A stretch of DNA of 31,331 nt from Phycisphaerae bacterium (GTDB lineage: Bacteria; Planctomycetota; Phycisphaerae; UBA1845; Fen-1342): the NCBI GenBank assembly GCA_016935035.1, contig JAFGRR010000196.1, forward strand, positions 1 through 31,331, given 5' to 3'. Under the pieces are notes generated by a model, which saw only the letters and a program-made list of their open reading frames with translations, had not been told where the DNA came from and did not search any database. Position numbers and translations under genes: made by a program. Of the stretch, positions 26,760-31,331 are shown piece by piece (position 1 is the first letter of the stretch; each line of letters opens with the position of its first letter).

Positions 26760-29700
26760 ATGCGCGCCGTCAAGTTCGCCGGACTGTTGAGCATCGTGGT
26801 CGTGACCGGTCTGACGCTGTCAATTGGTGAGCCGCCAAGTGCCCACGCCGCAGATAGTTATGGTGCGATCAAGGAACGGGCCGAGCAGTATTACACGGAG
26901 GGGTCATACCAGCGTGCGTATGAGCTCTACACACAGGCCACCAAGCTCGAACTGCCGCCGGTAGAACGGCGTTGGGTGGAACTCCGTATCGCGGACACGC
27001 AGTGGCGCGGCGAAGGCGGCACGAGTACCACCGACGACGCCCGCCGCGTCAAGGCCAGCCAGTCCCTGGCTACGCTCATTTCCGCCCGCGACCGCGTGGT
27101 CGACCATGATCGCGTCTGGGCCGAGGCTCACGAATCGCTGGGCGACTACTGCTGGCAGACCAACCGACTGCGCGACTGGCATCAGGCGTGGCAGCACTAC
27201 GCGTCCGCCCTGGAATGGTGGGCGTCGTCGCCCGACATTGAGTTGGCGCGCGCACGCTATCTCCGGATCGTCCGCAAGGTCGCCGAGCCGGCCGACGGCG
27301 GCTACTGGCAAAACAGCTGGGACTACCACTTCGGCTATCACTGCCGCTCGATCCCGCTGGACGTGCTCAGCAACGCGGAGAAGATCAGCACCAAGCCGGA
27401 GGACATCGCGCTATCGAAGTACCTGCTGGCCATGCACCTGCGGCAGCAGGGAGACTGGCGGCAGCAACGCCGCATCGCACCCGCGTTCGACGCCGCCCTC
27501 GAACACGCCGCCGGCACGGAGTGGTATGACGACGCCCTGTACTTCTACGCACAGTGGCTTTCACAGCGGGGACGGCCGGTATTGCAGCCCAACGGCAGCT
27601 ACACTTTCGAGCGTGATTACGTCAAGGCGGTCGAGCTGTACCGCCGACTGCTGGACGAGTTCGAGAAAGGCGACACGCGGTTCTATGACCGTGCCACCGA
27701 CGAGCTGAAGGAAATCGTCTCGCCGCGCGTTGGCGTGTATGTCGCGACGATCTTCGTGCCGGGCTCGGAAATCCAGTTTCAGGCGTCCTGGCGCAACGTC
27801 GAGACCGTGACATTCTCGATTTTCGCCGTCTCCCTGGTTGAAGACATCGACTTCAAGAGCAAGAACGTCGTGATGCCGGGCGAGCACCCGATTGACCTTG
27901 CCGGGCGTGAACCATTGCTAACCTGGAAACACCCAACCGGCGACAAGGGCGACCACGTTCCGGGGCAGGATCAGATCACGGTCGACCAAAAGCTACTGCC
28001 CGGGGCGTACGTGCTCGAAGCGCGTGCCGGCGGTGAACGAGCCCATACGCTCATGATGGTGACCGACATCGTCGCGGTGCTGAAAACTTCGGCAACGCAG
28101 GCGCTCGTCTACGTCTGTAACGCCGACGACGGTTCGCCGCGGCCGGGCGCTAATGTCACGTTGTGGAAACACCATCGACAAGATGACCGCCCGCCGGTGT
28201 GCAAGAAATCCCGCTCAAACGACGATGGCTTGGCCATGTTCGAGATCGAGAACGATTGGGATTGGCGCGAAATCTACGCCGCCGCCCAGGACGACGATCG
28301 CCAGGCCTTCGCACGCACGGACAGGCACTACGGCAACACTAAGGGCGAGTGGCGCATATACGTCTTCACCGACCGTCCCGCCTATCGCCCCGGTGACTGG
28401 GCTCGTTGGAAGCTCATCGCGCGACGCTATCAGAACGGCACTTACTCCACGCCCGCCGACCGCGAGTTTACCTACAAGATCTCCGACGCGTGCGGCAACG
28501 AGATCGAGAAATCCACCGTCAAGTTCAACGCCTTCGGCAGCGGTTGGGGCACGCTCGAGCTGACCGACAAGATGCCGCTCGGCGAATTCCACGTCGAGTT
28601 CTTCGAGGGTGCCGACAGCGTCGGCCGCGCGACCATGTTCCGACTGGAGGAATACAAGCTCCCCGAATTCAAGGTGACCATCGAGACACCCAAGGACGAA
28701 CAGGGCCAACCGCGCGCGTTCCGCCTCGGCGAAAGCGTCGAGGTCGAGATCTCGGCGGAATACTACTTCGGCGGCCCGGTCGCCGACGCGGACGTGCGGG
28801 TAATCGTGTATCAGAGCCCCTACTACCACTACTGGACGCCGCCGCACGAGTTCGGATGGTACTACGAGGACATGGGCGGCCGCCCGTACTACTGGGGTTA
28901 TGGCCAGCAGACCGTCAAGGACGAACACATCCAGACCGACTCGTCCGGCAAGGCCACCATCCGCTTCGACACGCCGCACGGCGCCAACCAGGACTATCAA
29001 TACCGCATCGAGGCACGCGTGACGGACGCCTCGCGCCGCGAGATCGTCGGCAATAGCAGCATCCGCGTCACGCGTCAGAGCTACTACGTGCACATGCGGC
29101 CGGAGCACAACCTCTATCGCCCGCAGGACACGGTGAAAATCGAGGTCAAGGCGCTCGACGCCAACGAGCAGCCGCAAAGTGTCACCGGCACCATAACCCT
29201 GACGCGTGAGCGCTGGACCGAAATCTGGCTCGACTCGGACGGCAAGGAAGTCTCGGGCGACGAGCTACGCGAGCGCCGCCTGGGCTGCATCATCTGGCCG
29301 CCGATACCCGAGCCCGGCCGGGCCGACTGGCGGCTGAAGTTCCGCGGCTATGAACGCGAGGAGCTGCTGACGCAGACCGTCACAACCGACAAGGACGGCA
29401 ACGCGACGTTCAAGTTCGAGCCCGAGCGTGAGGGATACTACCGCTGCGCGTGGGTTAGCATTGTCGATGGCGAAGGGCCGGTGCAGGCGGAGACGACCGC
29501 TTGGGCCGCGACGGAGGATTCGCGGAATCTCGGCTTCCGCCCGGGCCGTGTGGACATCATCGTTGATCGCGACACGTTCCACAGCGGCCAGACGGCGCCG
29601 GTCATGCTGACCGTGCCGACCAATGACCGCTATGTGCTCTTCACGCTCAGCGCCGACGACCTGTACAGCTACCAGGTGGTGCACGTCACGGGCGATGCCA

Positions 29701-31331
29701 AGCTGCTGGAGGTGCCGATCACCTCACAGCATGTGCCGAACGTGTATCTTGACGCGGCCATGGTCAGCGAGCGACAGATCTTCACCGACACGGAGCAGGT
29801 CGTCGTGCCGCCGGTGGAAGAGTTCCTGACCGTAGACGTCGAGGCGAACAAGGAAGCCTATGAGCCGCGCGAGGAAGGCACGCTGACGGTGCGTACGCGC
29901 GACCATGAGGGTAACGCCGTCGCGGCGGAGGTGGCGCTCAGCCTGAGCGACGAATCTGTGTACTACATTCAGCAGGACTACGCGGGCGATCCGCGGCAGT
30001 TCTTCTACGGCCGCAAGCGCGGCCAGGAAACGCGTCTCGGCAGCATGCTCGACCGGCTGCGGTTCATGCGGCTGGTGCGCGACAAGCATGGTGAAGTCGT
30101 CGATGAGGTCAGCGAACTCCGCGAACGCTGCGCTCGGGACCTGAAGCCCGTTGACGAACTCTCGATAGATGCCACACACGGCACCCGCAGGGGCGATATA
30201 TCCCTGGGATTCGGTGAATTCGACCAGTACCGAATGGCCGGCCGCGGCGGCGGCGCCGTGTTTGAGGCGGCAAGCCTACCCATGGCAGGGGGCAGCCGCG
30301 AGCGTGCTTTCAAGTCGGACTTGTCCGACGGCGAATGGATGTACTCATATGGCGCACTCAACACTCCGCCGCCGCCGCCACCGAGTATGTCTGAGCCCGA
30401 AAGCGGCGACTTTGTTGCCACGGAGACGGTCCAGGTTCGCAGCGACTTTCGCGCGACGGCTCTGTGGGAGCCGCTGATCGTCACGGACGCCGACGGCTAT
30501 GCCACCCTGCCGGTGACGTTCCCCGACTCGCTGACGAGTTGGCGGGCGGTGGCGCGGGCGGCGACCACCGAGACGCAGATCGGCATTGGCAACGCGACGG
30601 TTCGCACGCGCAAGCCGCTGATCGTGCGTTTGCAGGCGCCGCGTTTCTTCCTGGTCGGCGACACAGTCACTGTCTCCGCCGTCATGAACAACAACACCGA
30701 CGAGGCGCTGCGCGTGCTGCCGGCGCTGGCCGCCGAGGGCTTGCAGATCGAGAGTTGGCGCCGCGGCGAGGAATGGGTCGCGGGCGAACCGGAGCCGATC
30801 ACGATCGCGGCCAACGGCGACGCGCGCGTTGACTGGCAGGTCCGCGTGACCGAGCCAGGGACGGCCAATCTCAAGGCTGTCGCTCGCGGCAAGGAGTATG
30901 CCGACGCCATGCAGCGCGAGTTCGTCGTCTACGAGCACGGCATCGACAAGCTGGTGGCCAAGTCCGGCAATGTGCGCGGCGATGATGTGACGGTCACGCT
31001 CAACATCCCCGCCGAGCGCAAGCCCGAATCGACGACGCTGACCGTGCAGGTGACGCCCAGCGTCGCCGTCACCATGCTCGACGCCCTGCCTTACTTGGTC
31101 GATTACCCGTACGGCTGTGTGGAGCAGACCATGAGCCGCTTTCTGCCGGCGGTCATCACGGCCAAGACGCTCAATGACCTCGGACTCGAACGCGAGATCG
31201 TCGCAAACAAGCTCTTCGGCGGTATCGAACAGGACCCGGAGACGCTCAAACACGTCGGGCAGCGCAACCTGGAGAAGCTCGACGACGTGGTCAGCGCGAG
31301 CCTCAAGCGGCTATACGATGCGCAACGCCAG
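26760..31331 (+). CDS. Bacterial alpha-2-macroglobulin with intact thioester motif; partial, at least 1524 aa, runs off the window edge
   Basis: The frame translates open from ATG 26760 (MRAVKFAGLLSIVVV...SAHA) to the window end. MG motifs FTDRPAYRPGD and FRLEEYKLPEF, post-bait RSDFRATALW and FPDSLTSWR, VRLQAPRFFLVGD, and thioester YPYGCVEQTMS (Cys codon 31116). It is absent from the ORF track because there is no stop codon. Confidence 0.95.
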   Translation, partial: MRAVKFAGLLSIVVVTGLTLSIGEPPSAHAADSYGAIKERAEQYYTEGSYQRAYELYTQATKLELPPVERRWVELRIADTQWRGEGGTSTTDDARRVKASQSLATLISARDRVVDHDRVWAEAHESLGDYCWQTNRLRDWHQAWQHYASALEWWASSPDIELARARYLRIVRKVAEPADGGYWQNSWDYHFGYHCRSIPLDVLSNAEKISTKPEDIALSKYLLAMHLRQQGDWRQQRRIAPAFDAALEHAAGTEWYDDALYFYAQWLSQRGRPVLQPNGSYTFERDYVKAVELYRRLLDEFEKGDTRFYDRATDELKEIVSPRVGVYVATIFVPGSEIQFQASWRNVETVTFSIFAVSLVEDIDFKSKNVVMPGEHPIDLAGREPLLTWKHPTGDKGDHVPGQDQITVDQKLLPGAYVLEARAGGERAHTLMMVTDIVAVLKTSATQALVYVCNADDGSPRPGANVTLWKHHRQDDRPPVCKKSRSNDDGLAMFEIENDWDWREIYAAAQDDDRQAFARTDRHYGNTKGEWRIYVFTDRPAYRPGDWARWKLIARRYQNGTYSTPADREFTYKISDACGNEIEKSTVKFNAFGSGWGTLELTDKMPLGEFHVEFFEGADSVGRATMFRLEEYKLPEFKVTIETPKDEQGQPRAFRLGESVEVEISAEYYFGGPVADADVRVIVYQSPYYHYWTPPHEFGWYYEDMGGRPYYWGYGQQTVKDEHIQTDSSGKATIRFDTPHGANQDYQYRIEARVTDASRREIVGNSSIRVTRQSYYVHMRPEHNLYRPQDTVKIEVKALDANEQPQSVTGTITLTRERWTEIWLDSDGKEVSGDELRERRLGCIIWPPIPEPGRADWRLKFRGYEREELLTQTVTTDKDGNATFKFEPEREGYYRCAWVSIVDGEGPVQAETTAWAATEDSRNLGFRPGRVDIIVDRDTFHSGQTAPVMLTVPTNDRYVLFTLSADDLYSYQVVHVTGDAKLLEVPITSQHVPNVYLDAAMVSERQIFTDTEQVVVPPVEEFLTVDVEANKEAYEPREEGTLTVRTRDHEGNAVAAEVALSLSDESVYYIQQDYAGDPRQFFYGRKRGQETRLGSMLDRLRFMRLVRDKHGEVVDEVSELRERCARDLKPVDELSIDATHGTRRGDISLGFGEFDQYRMAGRGGGAVFEAASLPMAGGSRERAFKSDLSDGEWMYSYGALNTPPPPPPSMSEPESGDFVATETVQVRSDFRATALWEPLIVTDADGYATLPVTFPDSLTSWRAVARAATTETQIGIGNATVRTRKPLIVRLQAPRFFLVGDTVTVSAVMNNNTDEALRVLPALAAEGLQIESWRRGEEWVAGEPEPITIAANGDARVDWQVRVTEPGTANLKAVARGKEYADAMQREFVVYEHGIDKLVAKSGNVRGDDVTVTLNIPAERKPESTTLTVQVTPSVAVTMLDALPYLVDYPYGCVEQTMSRFLPAVITAKTLNDLGLEREIVANKLFGGIEQDPETLKHVGQRNLEKLDDVVSASLKRLYDAQRQ

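Noticed and set aside
28215-31253. Long minus-strand ORFs (28215-29177, 30345-31253 and others)
   Set aside because: Antisense shadows of the open alpha-2-macroglobulin frame. GC-rich codon bias suppresses stops, and they contain no recognisable motifs.

Overview
GC-rich bacterial chromosomal window, most likely Planctomycetota (Phycisphaerae-like). This is inferred from dockerin-like C-terminal tails and a DUF1559-type pseudopilin domain. No rRNA, tRNA, CRISPR array or transposase was seen. Gene order: a partial M14 carboxypeptidase paralog at the left edge, a secreted M14 carboxypeptidase, a minus-strand housekeeping run (gap-pgk-rpe-degenerate histidine phosphatase-accD-LAB_N protein-LolA-like), a divergent pair of secreted modular proteins (zincin/PA14 and PKD/LamG lipoprotein), hflX, two GNATs, two GIN-domain lipoproteins, a tandem papain-like protein with a dockerin-like tail, an ECF sigma/anti-sigma pair, a GAF-sigma54 activator, a GH63-like hydrolase, and a >1500-aa thioester alpha-2-macroglobulin running off the right edge. 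The ORF track misses both edge genes. The best leads are (1) an ECF anti-sigma whose sensor is a DUF1559 pseudopilin-like domain, with a matching AAC-N16-CGT promoter upstream of both the sigma gene and the macroglobulin, (2) an unannotated duplicated Cys-His-Asp peptidase module, (3) near-identical dockerin loops on unrelated proteases, (4) a probable ATC start codon, (5) a His-to-Cys histidine phosphatase, and (6) a composite GTAG-type REP family. All domain calls come from motif recognition by eye. No database searches were run.
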